NCBI GenBank assembly: GCA_963726415.1
Contig: CAVSCM010000021.1
Span: 65,718 to 129,717, forward strand
From: an uncultured Actinomycetes bacterium
Lineage (GTDB): Bacteria; Actinomycetota; Actinomycetes; Streptosporangiales; Streptosporangiaceae
Direction: 5' to 3'
Length of the DNA: 64,000 nucleotides
The notes under the pieces were generated by a model. That model was given only the letters and a program-made list of their open reading frames with translations. It did no database searches and had not been told where the DNA came from. Made by a program: the position numbers and the translations under genes. The first letter of the stretch is position 1; the number at the start of each line of letters is the position of its first letter. Below, one piece after another: positions 1 through 9,324 of this stretch.

Positions 1-826
1 GGAGGCGGCCGGCTACCAGCCGCTGGCGGACCTGGTCAGGGCCGGGTTCACCGACACCGGCGGATTGCGCGCCGACCATGTGATGGGCCTGTTCCGGCTC
101 TGGTGGGTGCCCGCCGGCATGCCCGCGGACCAGGGCACTTACGTCAGGTACCGGCACGAGGCCATGGTCGGGCTGCTGGCCGGCGAGGCCGCCCGGGCGG
201 GCGGGGTCGCGATCGGCGAGGACCTGGGCACCGTCGAGCAGTGGATGCGCGACTACCTGGCGGCCCGCCGCGTGCTCGGCACGTCCATGCTCTGGTTCGA
301 ACGGCGGGCCGACGGCACGCCGCTGCCGCCGCGCCGGTGGCGCCGGGACTGCCTGGCGACCGTGGGCACCCACGACGTACCGCCGGCGGCCGCGTTCCTC
401 ACCGGCGAGCACGTGGAGTTGCGATCCCGGCTCGGCCTGCTCACCGGCTCGCTGGCCGCCGAGCGCGAGCACGCGGCGGCCGCGGTGTCCGCCTGGCGCG
501 GCGCCCTGGCCGGGCAGGGGCTGCTCCCGTCGGGCCTGGTGCCCGCCGCCGACGAGTTCACCCGGGCGCTGTACGGCTACCTCGCGCGCACCCCGGCCGC
601 CCTGATCGGGGTGTCGCTCGCCGACGCCGTGGGCGACCGCAGGCCGCAGAACCTGCCGGGCACCACCGACCAGTACCCGAACTGGCGGGTGCCGCTGTGC
701 GACGGCGAGGGACGGGCGGTGCTGCTCGAGGACTTCGAAGAGCGCCCGGGTGTGCGGGAACTGGCCCGCGTGGTGTCCCGCGGCCCGGCCGGCCGCCCGG
801 CCAGTCCCGACCCGGCCCGGCGCTAG
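1..826 (+). CDS. malQ: 4-alpha-glucanotransferase (amylomaltase), C-terminal part; the 5-prime end lies upstream of the window
   Basis: Translation has the DQYPNWR motif and C-terminal similarity typical of MalQ; the frame is open from the window start; GC3-rich codons. Confidence 0.8.
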   Translation, partial: EAAGYQPLADLVRAGFTDTGGLRADHVMGLFRLWWVPAGMPADQGTYVRYRHEAMVGLLAGEAARAGGVAIGEDLGTVEQWMRDYLAARRVLGTSMLWFERRADGTPLPPRRWRRDCLATVGTHDVPPAAAFLTGEHVELRSRLGLLTGSLAAEREHAAAAVSAWRGALAGQGLLPSGLVPAADEFTRALYGYLARTPAALIGVSLADAVGDRRPQNLPGTTDQYPNWRVPLCDGEGRAVLLEDFEERPGVRELARVVSRGPAGRPASPDPARR

Positions 827-3357
827 CCGGCCGACTGCCGGTCGCGCTCTTGGCAGCGCAGTGCACGGCGCAGCCCGTCCCGGCCCTCGACCAGCAGCCG
901 GGCCAGGCCGGCGGGCAGGTTGTTCCCGTCGATCAGCTCGGTGGTCTTCGCGATCACCGCTCGGTCATCGCCGCCCGGGTACGCATACGACACGAACCAG
1001 CGCGCCATGTCCGGCGTCCAGTTGCGCCAGACATCACCGACCACCTCGAAGTACCGGTCCACGTAAGGTGCCAGCAGCTCGGGCTGGTCGTCGTCCATGA
1101 AGCCGGCGAGCATCGCGCGGAAGGTGGCGTTGGGCAGCGCCCCGCTGACGATCTGCGCCCAGGCCGCCTCCTTCGCCGCGGGGTCTGGCACCGAGGCGCG
1201 GCAGGCGACCGCGTGCCGCACGCCCGCGTCGGTCGCATCCCGGCCCAGCTCGGCCTCGATCTGCGGCTCGCCCGCGGCGCCGCGGCTGACCAGCCGGTGC
1301 AGGATGCGCCAGCGCAGCTCGGTGTCCACCGTCAGGCCCTCGATGGCCACGGTGCCGTCAAGCAGGCCCGCCAGCAGGGCCAGGTCCTCGTCGGACAGTG
1401 CCACCCCGATGAACGCCTGCGTGTAGGCAAGCTGGACATCCGAACCCGGTTCGGCCTGCTCCATGAGCTGGCGCAGGGCCTCGGCGGCCAGCGCCAGCCC
1501 GGCCCGGCGCCAGCCGGGGTCGGTGTAGCGGTGCAGCGTGGCATCGGTCTGGCGCAGCAGGGTCTGCACCACCGACACGTCGGTGACCGCGGCGATCCCG
1601 CCCAGCACCAGCCGGATGTACTCCCGCGCAGCCAGCTCGGCATCCCGGCACATGTCCCAGGCGGCGGCCCAGCACAGCGCGGCAGGCAGGGTCTCGGCGA
1701 ACTCGCCGATGCTCGTGGTCAGCGTGGCCGCGGAATGCGGATCCAGGCGGATCTTGGCGTAGGTGAGGTCGTCGTCGTTGATCAGCACCAGGTCGGGCCG
1801 CGGCTCGCCGGCCAGGGCGGCCACGACGGTCCTTTCACCTGAGATGTCGGTCTCCACCCGGCGCCGGCGGACCAGGCCAGCCGGCGTCCGATCGTAAAGT
1901 CCAATGGCGATGCGGTGGTCGCGGAGAACCGGATGAGTCTCCGGGGCCTCCTGCCGGATCGCGAACTCGGCAAAGGTGCCGCCGGGGGCCAGCTCGAACT
2001 CGGGCCGCAGCGTGTTCACGCCGGCCGTCTCCAGCCACTGCTTCGACCAGCCGGCCAGTTCCCGTCCCGACGCCGCCTCAAGCTGGGCCAGCAGATCCCC
2101 TAGCGTTGCGTTGGACCAGGCGTACTGGCCGAAGTAGCGGCGCAGCCCGGCCAGGAAGTTGTCCAGCCCGACGTAGGCGACAAGCTGCTTGAGCACGGCC
2201 GCGCCCTTGGCGTAGGTGATGCCGTCGAAGTTGACCTCCACGGCCGCGATGTCGGGCACGTCCGCCGCGATCGGGTGAGTCGAGGGCAGCTGGTCCTGGC
2301 GGTACGCCCAGGCCTTCTCGAGCTGGGCGAACGAGGTCCAGGCACCGGTCCAGCGGGTGGCCTCCGCCTGGGCGTGCACCGACGCCCAGGTGGCGAACGA
2401 CTCGTTCAGCCACAGGTCGTCCCACCAGCGCATGGTGACCAGGTCGCCGAACCACATGTGCGCCATTTCGTGCAGGATCGTCGTCGCGCGGGACTGGCGG
2501 CGGAAGTCGGTGACCCGGGACCGGAACAGGTAGTCCTCAAGGAACGTCACGCATCCCGCGTTCTCCATCGCGCCGGCCTTGTACTCGGGCACGAAGAGCT
2601 GGTCGTACTTGCCGAACGGGTACCTGGTCGCGAAGGCCTGGTGGAAGAAGTCGAAGCCCTGCCTGGTCACCTCGAATATCTCGTCCTGGTCCAGGTACTG
2701 CGCCAGGGACTGGCGGCAGTACAGGCCGAGCGGTATCCCGTCATGCTCGGTCAGCACCTGGTGGTAGGGCCCGGCCGCGACCGCGGTGATGTAGGTGGAC
2801 ATCACCGGCGACGGCGGGAAGTGCCAGCGGGCCATCTCCTGCCCCGGCACGCGCTCCCCGGTCACGTCCGGCGCCATGTTGGAGATCACCCGCCACTGCG
2901 CCGGGACCGTCACGGTGAACTCGAAGGTGGCCTTGAGGTCCGGCTGGTCGAAGCAGGCGTACACCCGGTGGGCGTCGAAGGTCTCCAGGTCCGAGTACAG
3001 ATAGACGCCGCCGTCGACCGGGTCGCTGAACCGGTGCAGCCCCTCGCCGTTGCGGGAGTACGCGCACGTGGCGCGCACCCGCAGTTCGTTGTCCGCCGCC
3101 AGGTTCGCCAGCGTGATCCGGTCACCGTCGAAGGCCTCGGGGCCGACCGGCTGGCCGTTCAGCACGATCTCGGTGACGGCCGACGCGGTCAGGTCGACGA
3201 AGGTGCCCGCGCCGGGCCGCGAGCAGCCGAAGGTAACCGTGGTCTGCGAGGTGAAGACCTCATCGCCGCCGGTGAGGTCGAGGTCCACGTGGTAGGAGCG
3301 GACATCGACCAGGCGGCCCCGGTCATGTGCCTCGTCGCGGGTGAGGTTGCTTGCCAC
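823..3357 (-). CDS. pepN: aminopeptidase N, M1 family zinc metallopeptidase
   Basis: 844 aa with GAMEN and [13 protein letters not shown] (HEXXH) motifs plus downstream E; N-terminus resembles PepN. Confidence 0.95.
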   Translation of the reverse strand: MASNLTRDEAHDRGRLVDVRSYHVDLDLTGGDEVFTSQTTVTFGCSRPGAGTFVDLTASAVTEIVLNGQPVGPEAFDGDRITLANLAADNELRVRATCAYSRNGEGLHRFSDPVDGGVYLYSDLETFDAHRVYACFDQPDLKATFEFTVTVPAQWRVISNMAPDVTGERVPGQEMARWHFPPSPVMSTYITAVAAGPYHQVLTEHDGIPLGLYCRQSLAQYLDQDEIFEVTRQGFDFFHQAFATRYPFGKYDQLFVPEYKAGAMENAGCVTFLEDYLFRSRVTDFRRQSRATTILHEMAHMWFGDLVTMRWWDDLWLNESFATWASVHAQAEATRWTGAWTSFAQLEKAWAYRQDQLPSTHPIAADVPDIAAVEVNFDGITYAKGAAVLKQLVAYVGLDNFLAGLRRYFGQYAWSNATLGDLLAQLEAASGRELAGWSKQWLETAGVNTLRPEFELAPGGTFAEFAIRQEAPETHPVLRDHRIAIGLYDRTPAGLVRRRRVETDISGERTVVAALAGEPRPDLVLINDDDLTYAKIRLDPHSAATLTTSIGEFAETLPAALCWAAAWDMCRDAELAAREYIRLVLGGIAAVTDVSVVQTLLRQTDATLHRYTDPGWRRAGLALAAEALRQLMEQAEPGSDVQLAYTQAFIGVALSDEDLALLAGLLDGTVAIEGLTVDTELRWRILHRLVSRGAAGEPQIEAELGRDATDAGVRHAVACRASVPDPAAKEAAWAQIVSGALPNATFRAMLAGFMDDDQPELLAPYVDRYFEVVGDVWRNWTPDMARWFVSYAYPGGDDRAVIAKTTELIDGNNLPAGLARLLVEGRDGLRRALRCQERDRQSAG

Positions 3358-3527
3358 GGTGGTGGTCCCTTCGTCATTCCAGCCCCGGTGGTAGATGGCC
3401 TGGTCAGTGCGCCCGGGGTACCGGGCTCCGCAAATCTTCGCATCCCCGGCGGAATGGGCCGCAAGGCGGTCCGGTTGTCAGCACACGGCGCCCAGTTGTA
3501 TACGTACCCCCGCTGCCAAGGAGCGAC

Positions 3528-4148
3528 ATGCCAGAGCAGGAGTTCACCCCCGTTGACTTCTGGTTCGACCCTATCTGCCCGTGGGCCTGGATAGCTTCGC
3601 GCTGGATCCTGGAAGTGGCAAAGCTCCGGCCCGTGCGCCCGCGCTGGCATGTGATGTCCCTGTCCGTGCTCAACGAGGGCAAACCCGGCCTGCCCGAGGC
3701 ATACCGGGAACTGCTGGCCACAGGCTGGGGGCCGGTGCGCGTCTGCATCGCGGCCGAGCAGGAGTTCGGTCCCGAGGTTCTCGGCCCGCTCTACACCGCG
3801 CTCGGCACCAGGTTCCACCACGAGAAGGCGCCGCACGACGACCGGGCCGTGATCGAGGCCGCGCTCGCCGAGGCGGGCCTTCCTGCCGCGCTCGCCGGCG
3901 CGATGGACTCGACCGAGTACGACGAGGCCCTGCGGGCCAGCCACGCCGACGGCATGGACCGGGTCGGCTACGAGGTCGGCACGCCGGTCATCTCCGTGGA
4001 CGGCACGTCATTTTTCGGGCCGGTGGTCTCGCCGATCCCGCGCGGCGAGTCGGCCGCGCGGCTCTGGGACGGCGTGCTGCTCGTCGCCACGGCCGACGGG
4101 TTCTTCGAACTGAAGCGTACCCGGACCTGGGATCCGATCTTCGACTGA
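3528..4148 (+). CDS. DsbA-family thioredoxin-fold protein (Rv2466c-like mycothiol-dependent reductase family)
   Basis: CPW active-site motif near the N-terminus (FDPICPWAW); AAGGAG-like RBS before the ATG at 3528; conserved position between pepN and rpiB as in mycobacteria. Confidence 0.8.
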   Translation: MPEQEFTPVDFWFDPICPWAWIASRWILEVAKLRPVRPRWHVMSLSVLNEGKPGLPEAYRELLATGWGPVRVCIAAEQEFGPEVLGPLYTALGTRFHHEKAPHDDRAVIEAALAEAGLPAALAGAMDSTEYDEALRASHADGMDRVGYEVGTPVISVDGTSFFGPVVSPIPRGESAARLWDGVLLVATADGFFELKRTRTWDPIFD

Positions 4149-4155
4149 GCGACGG

Positions 4156-4653
4156 GTGCGTGCCAGACTGTCGCGCGTGCGCGTTTATCTCGGATCTGAC
4201 CACGCCGGCTTCGAGCTGAAATCCGCCGTTGCCAAGGCGGTGGCCGCGGCGGGGCACGACGTGGTGGACTGCGGCCCGCCGTCCTATCAGCCCGGTGACG
4301 ACTACCCGCCCTACGTCATGCGCGCGGCGGCGTCCGCGGCCGCCAGCCCGGGCAGCATCGCGATCGTGATCGGCGGGTCCGGCAATGGTGAGCAGATCGC
4401 CGCGAACAAGATCGACGGGATCCGGGCGGCGCTGGCCTGGAACGAGGAGACCGCGCGCCTGGCCCGCCAGCACAACGACGCCAACGTGCTGGGCCTCGGC
4501 GCGCGCATGCACCCGGTGCCGGACGCGGTCCGTTTCGCCCTGGTGTTCCTGGAGACGCCGTTCTCCGGCGAACCGCGCCACCAGCGGCGGATCGACATGA
4601 TCAGTGGTTACGAGGAGTCCGGGGTGCTGCCGCCGCTGCCGGACGGGACCTGA
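4156..4653 (+). CDS. rpiB: ribose-5-phosphate isomerase B
   Basis: RVYLGSDHAGFELK N-terminus and overall RpiB/LacAB fold signature; an alternative GTG start at 4177 is possible. Confidence 0.9.
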   Translation: MRARLSRVRVYLGSDHAGFELKSAVAKAVAAAGHDVVDCGPPSYQPGDDYPPYVMRAAASAAASPGSIAIVIGGSGNGEQIAANKIDGIRAALAWNEETARLARQHNDANVLGLGARMHPVPDAVRFALVFLETPFSGEPRHQRRIDMISGYEESGVLPPLPDGT

Positions 4654-4668
4654 GCTCGGCTGAGGAGT

Positions 4669-5370
4669 TCAGCGCCCGTGTGACCGGCGCCGCCGTACCC
4701 GCTTGCGCTTGGCCTGGCGGCCGGTCCCGCGCCGTGCCTGCTGACTCTGTCCCCCGGTAACTTTCGGGCCGGCCTCGCCGGACCGGGCCGTCTCGGGCGG
4801 TTCACCGGGATGGCTGGCCTCGCGCGGCGCTGCGGGCTGGCTGGCCCCGCGGGACGGTGCGGGCTGGCTGGCCCCGGGGGACGGTGCGGGCTGGCTGGCC
4901 CGGGGGGATGGTGCGGGCTGGCTGGCCCGGGGGGATGGTGCGGGCTGGCTGGCCCCGGGGGATGGTGCTGGCTCGCGCCGCTGTTCCGGCCGGGTGCCGC
5001 TGGCCGGTTCGCTCGCCGGGCGGGGGCCGCTCCCGTGATGCCGCGGCGGGCCCGGCTTCGCAGCGCCGGTACCAGGAGCCGCGCCCGCGCCGTCACCCGG
5101 CTTCGGGGCCGTCGCACCGGCGGGACGATTTCCAGGTGGCGCGGGACGGTGCCGGGGGGCGGGCGGCGCGGGCGGCGCGGTCGGCCCGGCGGGCAGGGAG
5201 GACCGGGCGGGCCCGGCGCCGCGGAGCGGTGGAGCGATCCGGGCTCGTTGCGACGGGGCGGGCCGGGCGGTGGCGGCGTTCTCCTCGGCGGCCGCCTCGT
5301 GATGCGGCTGGGGCCGCGACACGTCGCGGGCCCGCATTGCGGCGCTCAACGTGACCTTCATGCTGGGCAT
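4669..5370 (-). CDS. proline-rich low-complexity protein with 9-aa tandem repeats (PSPGASQPA) and a basic C-terminal tail
   Basis: GGGAGG RBS 4 nt before the ATG at 5370; high GC3 on this strand; the plus-strand ORFs over the same repeats are Gly/Arg-rich artefacts. Confidence 0.5.
   Translation of the reverse strand: MPSMKVTLSAAMRARDVSRPQPHHEAAAEENAATARPAPSQRARIAPPLRGAGPARSSLPAGPTAPPAPPAPRHRPAPPGNRPAGATAPKPGDGAGAAPGTGAAKPGPPRHHGSGPRPASEPASGTRPEQRREPAPSPGASQPAPSPRASQPAPSPRASQPAPSPGASQPAPSRGASQPAAPREASHPGEPPETARSGEAGPKVTGGQSQQARRGTGRQAKRKRVRRRRSHGR
4826..4985. repeat. 27-bp tandem repeat, about 6 copies (ggtgcgggctggctggccccgggggac-like), encoding the PSPGASQPA repeats
   Basis: Direct reading of the sequence. 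Confidence 0.8.
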
Positions 5371-5465
5371 GCTGCCTCCCTGCCCAGTGTCGCACGCCCG
5401 CCCCGCGGCCAGTCTGCGGCGGGCGGACACCTGCCGCATCAGCATGATCTTGTGAGTCTGCCCAT

Positions 5466-6005
5466 TCATGCTATGAACAGACTCACAAGATCATGGACAT
5501 CAGGCGGGCGGGGCTGCCAGACGGTGTGCTGTGGCGCGAAATCGCCGTGGCCGGTCGTCCGGGTGAGCAGGCACCGGTCCACGCTGAACCGGAACAGGTG
5601 GTGCGCTGGCTCGGGCGCGGGCACGCCCACGCCGGCGCGCTCGGCCACGAAGATCCCAGCGAGCACCTGCCGCAGGCCGGCGTCCCGTTCCGCCGAGGCC
5701 CGTCCGGTGCAGTAGAACGCGTCTTCGTTGTCCTCGCAGGGAAACGAGTGCAGTGCATAACGCCCGTCCCGGTGCAGGTCAGCCTGCTTGGGGCCGGGCA
5801 CGATGAACGCGTACATCCCGCCGTCGTGGATGACCGGGCACATCGGGTGCACCCGCGGGCCGCCATCCCGGCGGACCGTGGCGAGGAACCCAAGTCCCAC
5901 GCCGAACTGGTACAGCAGCGCGCGCCCGGCCGTCGCGAGGTCGGGCCGGTCCTTCTCGAACTCTGCCCAGGAAGCCACGGGCCCACAGTCTGCCCCCGCA
6001 CCCAA
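5466..6005 (-). CDS. pyridoxamine 5-prime-phosphate oxidase-like FMN-binding split-barrel protein
   Basis: Translation resembles PNPOx/F420-dependent family small proteins; the true start may be an internal GTG. Confidence 0.55.
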   Translation of the reverse strand: MGAGADCGPVASWAEFEKDRPDLATAGRALLYQFGVGLGFLATVRRDGGPRVHPMCPVIHDGGMYAFIVPGPKQADLHRDGRYALHSFPCEDNEDAFYCTGRASAERDAGLRQVLAGIFVAERAGVGVPAPEPAHHLFRFSVDRCLLTRTTGHGDFAPQHTVWQPRPPDVHDLVSLFIA

Positions 6006-6128
6006 TTCGGGTCAACGCTGGCCACCGGTGCGCCGCACGCCGGGGGATGACAAGCTCGCTTGACACCGCGATGCCCGCCCAGCATGATGGAGAAATGACA
6101 AGCGAGCTTGACAACGAGGGCAGGCCCA

Positions 6129-6326
6129 GTGCTCAATGACGTGCGCGAGCGCCGTGTCGCGAAGGGGCTTTCGCAGGCCGATCTCGCCCAGCGGCTTGAC
6201 GTGTCCCGGCAGACGATCAACTCGATCGAGACCGACCGCTACACCCCGTCGCTTCCCCTGGCCATCGCGATCGCCCGGTTTTTCGGCGTTACCGTCGAGG
6301 AGATCTTCCATGCAGACCACAACTAA
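6129..6326 (+). CDS. XRE-family helix-turn-helix transcriptional regulator (small, Cro/C1 type)
   Basis: GLSQADLAQRLDVSRQTINSIE HTH motif; GTG start; overlaps the downstream membrane gene. Confidence 0.8.
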   Translation: MLNDVRERRVAKGLSQADLAQRLDVSRQTINSIETDRYTPSLPLAIAIARFFGVTVEEIFHADHN

Positions 6327-6705
6327 GACGAGCCGCAAATACCTGGCGACCCCGATCTTCGGCGTGGCGATGGGCCTGGTGTACCTCGTCGCCCTCTCGG
6401 TCGCCGGTCAGCCCGTCTGGGGTGTGCTCGCGCTCGCCATCATGGTGGCGTTCAGCGGCGCCCTTCTCCTTGCCCGGCGGCGCAGCGAGACGGTGAAAGG
6501 CCTGCTCGACCACAGGGACGAGCGGATCAGCGCCATCGACCTTCGCGCGACCGCCGTCACCGCCCTCGCGCTGATCGCGGTCATCCTAGTGGCCTTCGTG
6601 GTGCAGATCGCCCGCGGGCAGAGCGGCTGGCCGTACAGCATGCTCGGCTTCGTGGGCGGCGTGACCTACGTCATCGCGGTCATCTGCCTGCGGATCCGCG
6701 GCTGA
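6310..6705 (+). CDS. small integral membrane protein (partner of the XRE regulator)
   Basis: ATG at 6310 overlaps the regulator stop; 3-4 predicted TM helices. Confidence 0.7.
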   Translation: MQTTTKTSRKYLATPIFGVAMGLVYLVALSVAGQPVWGVLALAIMVAFSGALLLARRRSETVKGLLDHRDERISAIDLRATAVTALALIAVILVAFVVQIARGQSGWPYSMLGFVGGVTYVIAVICLRIRG

Positions 6706-6728
6706 GGGAGGCTCAGGCTGAGGGAAGC

Positions 6729-7391
6729 TCAGGAGCCGTGCAGCACGGCGGTGTGGTGGCAGAAGTGGACCCGCGTGGGCTCCAGTGACTTGATCCGGTC
6801 CAGTGAGCCGCGCCACGCCACCAGGTCGCTCGCCTGGCCGGGCACCACGTCCTTGTCAGCCGGGCCCGCGAACTGGTGTGGCGTGTAGGCGGCGTCCCCG
6901 ATCAGCAGGTCCTCGCCGTCGGCGGAGGAGACCACCACGCACTGGTGGCCCACGGTGTGCCCGGGCGTGGTGACGACCGACAGGCCGGGCAGGATCTCGG
7001 TGTCCCCGTCGAGCAGTTCCCACCGCGCGTTCAGGAAGCCGAACCAGTCGTACAGCTCGGGATCCTCGCGCTTGGCCCGGTCCAGTTCGGCACGCTGGAC
7101 GTGGCAGGCGGCGTGGGAGAACACCGCGTTCTGCCCGCAATGGTCGAAGTGCAGGTGGGTGTTGATGACCAGGCCGATGTCGGCCGGCGTCATGTCCAGA
7201 TCGGCGAGCGCGTCCGCGACCGACCGGTTCACCACCCGCCAGTCGCTGAGCCACTGGTCCGGGCCGCCGCAGCCGGTGTCCACCAGCGCCGCGCCGCCCG
7301 GGTGGGTGACCACGAACCCGTGCACCGGCCACTCCAGGCCGTCGAGACCGCGCAGGCTCGCCAGGTGCAGGCGCTTGACTTCCAGTGGCAT
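6729..7391 (-). CDS. MBL-fold metallo-hydrolase (N-acyl homoserine lactonase-like)
   Basis: HLHFDHCG (HxHxDH) zinc-binding motif and downstream His/Asp residues. Confidence 0.85.
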   Translation of the reverse strand: MPLEVKRLHLASLRGLDGLEWPVHGFVVTHPGGAALVDTGCGGPDQWLSDWRVVNRSVADALADLDMTPADIGLVINTHLHFDHCGQNAVFSHAACHVQRAELDRAKREDPELYDWFGFLNARWELLDGDTEILPGLSVVTTPGHTVGHQCVVVSSADGEDLLIGDAAYTPHQFAGPADKDVVPGQASDLVAWRGSLDRIKSLEPTRVHFCHHTAVLHGS

Positions 7392-7417
7392 GAGCGACCG
7401 CCCTCACTTCGCATCTG

Positions 7418-7513
7418 ATGTCGGACATTACGATGCCCCGGGGTTACCTGGACCCGCAAGACCCCCTGGCCCCGCGCGCAACCGCCTGGCGGGGCCCGCG
7501 CGATCTCCAGTAG
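7418..7513 (+). CDS. unlisted 31-aa small ORF (MSDITMPRGYLDPQDPLAPRATAWRGPRDLQ), candidate precursor or leader peptide of the ATP-grasp operon
   Basis: ATG..TAG with GC3 84% > GC1 74% > GC2 58%; ends 9 nt before the ATP-grasp start; not in the ORF track because it is under 60 aa. Confidence 0.35.
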   Translation: MSDITMPRGYLDPQDPLAPRATAWRGPRDLQ

Positions 7514-7522
7514 GTTGAGCGC

Positions 7523-8455
7523 GTGTCCGCCGAGAACCAGATCGTGGTGCTGCACTACCCGGCCGAGCGGGCGCGGAACTGGGTGCTGCTGAAGGCCGCG
7601 GCGCGGGACCGGGACCTGCGCCTGGTGAGCTGGGCGCCGCACCTGCTCGGGCTCTGGTGCGCCGACGGGCACCAGTCCGCCTGCTACGCGGGCAGGCCGG
7701 TCCGGCCCGGCATCGTGGTCCACCGCATCGTCGCCCCGTTCCGCGGCATCGCCGCCCCGGTGCTCGCCTGCCTGGCCGCGCAGGGCTCGCTGGTGCTCAA
7801 CCCCCCGGACGCCGCGTTCCGCTCCCGCGACAAGCTGCTGACCACCGTGGGCCTGGTCAATGCCGGGATACCGGTGGTGCCGACCGCCGCGTTCGACGAA
7901 CCGGGCGGCGTGGACCTGACGGCGCTCGGCCCGGGCGAGCTGATCGTCAAGCCCGCGCGGGGGGTCCGGGGCGAGGGGATCGCGACATACCCCTCGGCCG
8001 CGGCGCTCACCGCCGCGTGGCAGCCGCGGGAGGCGTGGCGCCCGGGCGTCACCAGGCCGGGCTATCACGCCGAACGGGAGCATTACCTGGCGCAGCCGCT
8101 GATCGGCGGCGGTGGCCAGGACATCCGGGCCTACGTGGTGGGGGACCGGTGCGCCGCGCTGATGCGCCGGATGGCCAGGCCGGGGGAGGCCCGGGCCAAC
8201 CTGGCCCTGGGCGCGGCCGGGGCTGCCCTGCCGCTGAGCCACGCCGCCGCGGCCGTCGCGGTGGCCGCGCTGGCCGCCTGCGGTCTTGACTTCGGCGGGG
8301 TGGACCTGATCGAGGACGCCGACGGCGCCGTCCGCGTCCTGGAGGTGGACGCGTGGGCGGGCTTCGCCGGGATCAGCACGGTCACCGGGGCTGACGTGGC
8401 CGGGGCCATCCTTGACCACGCGACCGCCCGGCGCCGGCAGGGCGTCACGGGATGA
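7523..8455 (+). CDS. RimK-like ATP-grasp ligase
   Basis: RimK/LysX-type ATP-grasp signature (RDK..T, KP..G..G.G, DIRAYVVG, GVDLIE..VLEVD). Confidence 0.85.
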   Translation: MSAENQIVVLHYPAERARNWVLLKAAARDRDLRLVSWAPHLLGLWCADGHQSACYAGRPVRPGIVVHRIVAPFRGIAAPVLACLAAQGSLVLNPPDAAFRSRDKLLTTVGLVNAGIPVVPTAAFDEPGGVDLTALGPGELIVKPARGVRGEGIATYPSAAALTAAWQPREAWRPGVTRPGYHAEREHYLAQPLIGGGGQDIRAYVVGDRCAALMRRMARPGEARANLALGAAGAALPLSHAAAAVAVAALAACGLDFGGVDLIEDADGAVRVLEVDAWAGFAGISTVTGADVAGAILDHATARRRQGVTG

Positions 8456-9312
8456 CGCTCGCGATCGCCAGGAACCCGTACGCCAGCAACGTGCCGGACG
8501 GCCTGATCGCCGCCGCTGGCCGGCTCGGCGTCCCGGTCCGGACGGTGGACCTGCCCTCGCTGCGGGCCGGCGTCGCCCCGCTGGGCGAGGTCACGGTCAC
8601 CGATCAGGCCGGCCCCGTCGTGGCCACCGGCCTGGCCCCCTTCCTGCTGTTCGGGTTCCCGGCGGCGGTCCATGCGCTGGGCATGCTCGCCCGTATCGCG
8701 CGGGCACAGAACCCGGTGGACGGCGTGCTGCTCGCGGACGACAAGGCGGCCGCCGCGGTGCGGTTCGCCCAGGCCCGAGTGGCCCAGGTGCGCACCGAGA
8801 TCTGCCCGTTCGACCGGGCGCAGGTGGCCGCGGTCGCCGCGGAGATCGGCTACCCGGTGGTGGTCAAGCGGGCTCACGGTGCGCAGGGGCGGTGGGTGCG
8901 CCGGGCGGCGGACCCGGCGGCTCTGGCCACGGCGCTGGCCGAACTCGCGGCCGAAGGGCCAGGCGCGGTGATCGTACAGCCTGAAGTAACAGAGTGCGCC
9001 GGGGTCAGCGTGCGTGCCGTCCTCACCGGGGGGCAACTGATAGCGGTCACCGAGCGCCGCGCGGCGCCACCGGAGTGGCGCAGCAACATCGCCGGTGGTG
9101 CCGTACAGCGCCGCGTCGGGCTCACCGGCGAGGAACATGACCTGGTGCACGGCGCGGCCGCCGCGCTGGGGCTGGGGCACGCCGGGGTGGACCTGCTGCG
9201 GACCGGGGCGGGGCCGCGGGTGCTCGAGGTCAACGCGTGCCCGGACTTCACCAGCATGCAGCCGCACTATGAGGCGGACCTCGCCGAGGCGGTGGTTCGG
9301 GCGTCCCTGTGA
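8452..9312 (+). CDS. RimK-like ATP-grasp ligase (second, start overlaps the first by ATGA)
   Basis: ATP-grasp motifs (VVVKRAHGAQGRWV, VRAVLTGG, GVDLL..VLEVN). Confidence 0.85.
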   Translation: MTLAIARNPYASNVPDGLIAAAGRLGVPVRTVDLPSLRAGVAPLGEVTVTDQAGPVVATGLAPFLLFGFPAAVHALGMLARIARAQNPVDGVLLADDKAAAAVRFAQARVAQVRTEICPFDRAQVAAVAAEIGYPVVVKRAHGAQGRWVRRAADPAALATALAELAAEGPGAVIVQPEVTECAGVSVRAVLTGGQLIAVTERRAAPPEWRSNIAGGAVQRRVGLTGEEHDLVHGAAAALGLGHAGVDLLRTGAGPRVLEVNACPDFTSMQPHYEADLAEAVVRASL

Positions 9313-9324
9313 GCGGTGCCGCCT

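Noticed and set aside
103-3594. Long plus-strand ORFs (103..1842, 2275..3594) overlapping malQ and pepN
   Set aside because: Arg/Gly/Pro-rich translations typical of off-frame reading in high-GC DNA. They overlap genes with strong homology. Only the annotated frames show GC3 enrichment.
4810-5715. Plus-strand ORFs across the 27-bp tandem repeat (MAGLARRCGLAGP.., MRAGWPRGTVRAGWPGG..)
   Set aside because: Reverse-frame reading of the repeat. The minus-strand ORF has the RBS and GC3 signature.
5483-6220. Alternative ORFs 5483..6220 (-) and 5493..6050 (+) overlapping the PNPOx-like gene
   Set aside because: Low-complexity Arg/Ser/Thr-rich translations with no recognisable family. The 5466..6005 frame has a coherent fold-like sequence.
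7418-7513. Considered whether the 31-codon ORF is a LysW-type amino-group carrier protein
   Set aside because: It lacks the CxxC zinc-finger and the acidic EDWGE-type C-terminus of LysW. It is retained only as a generic candidate peptide.
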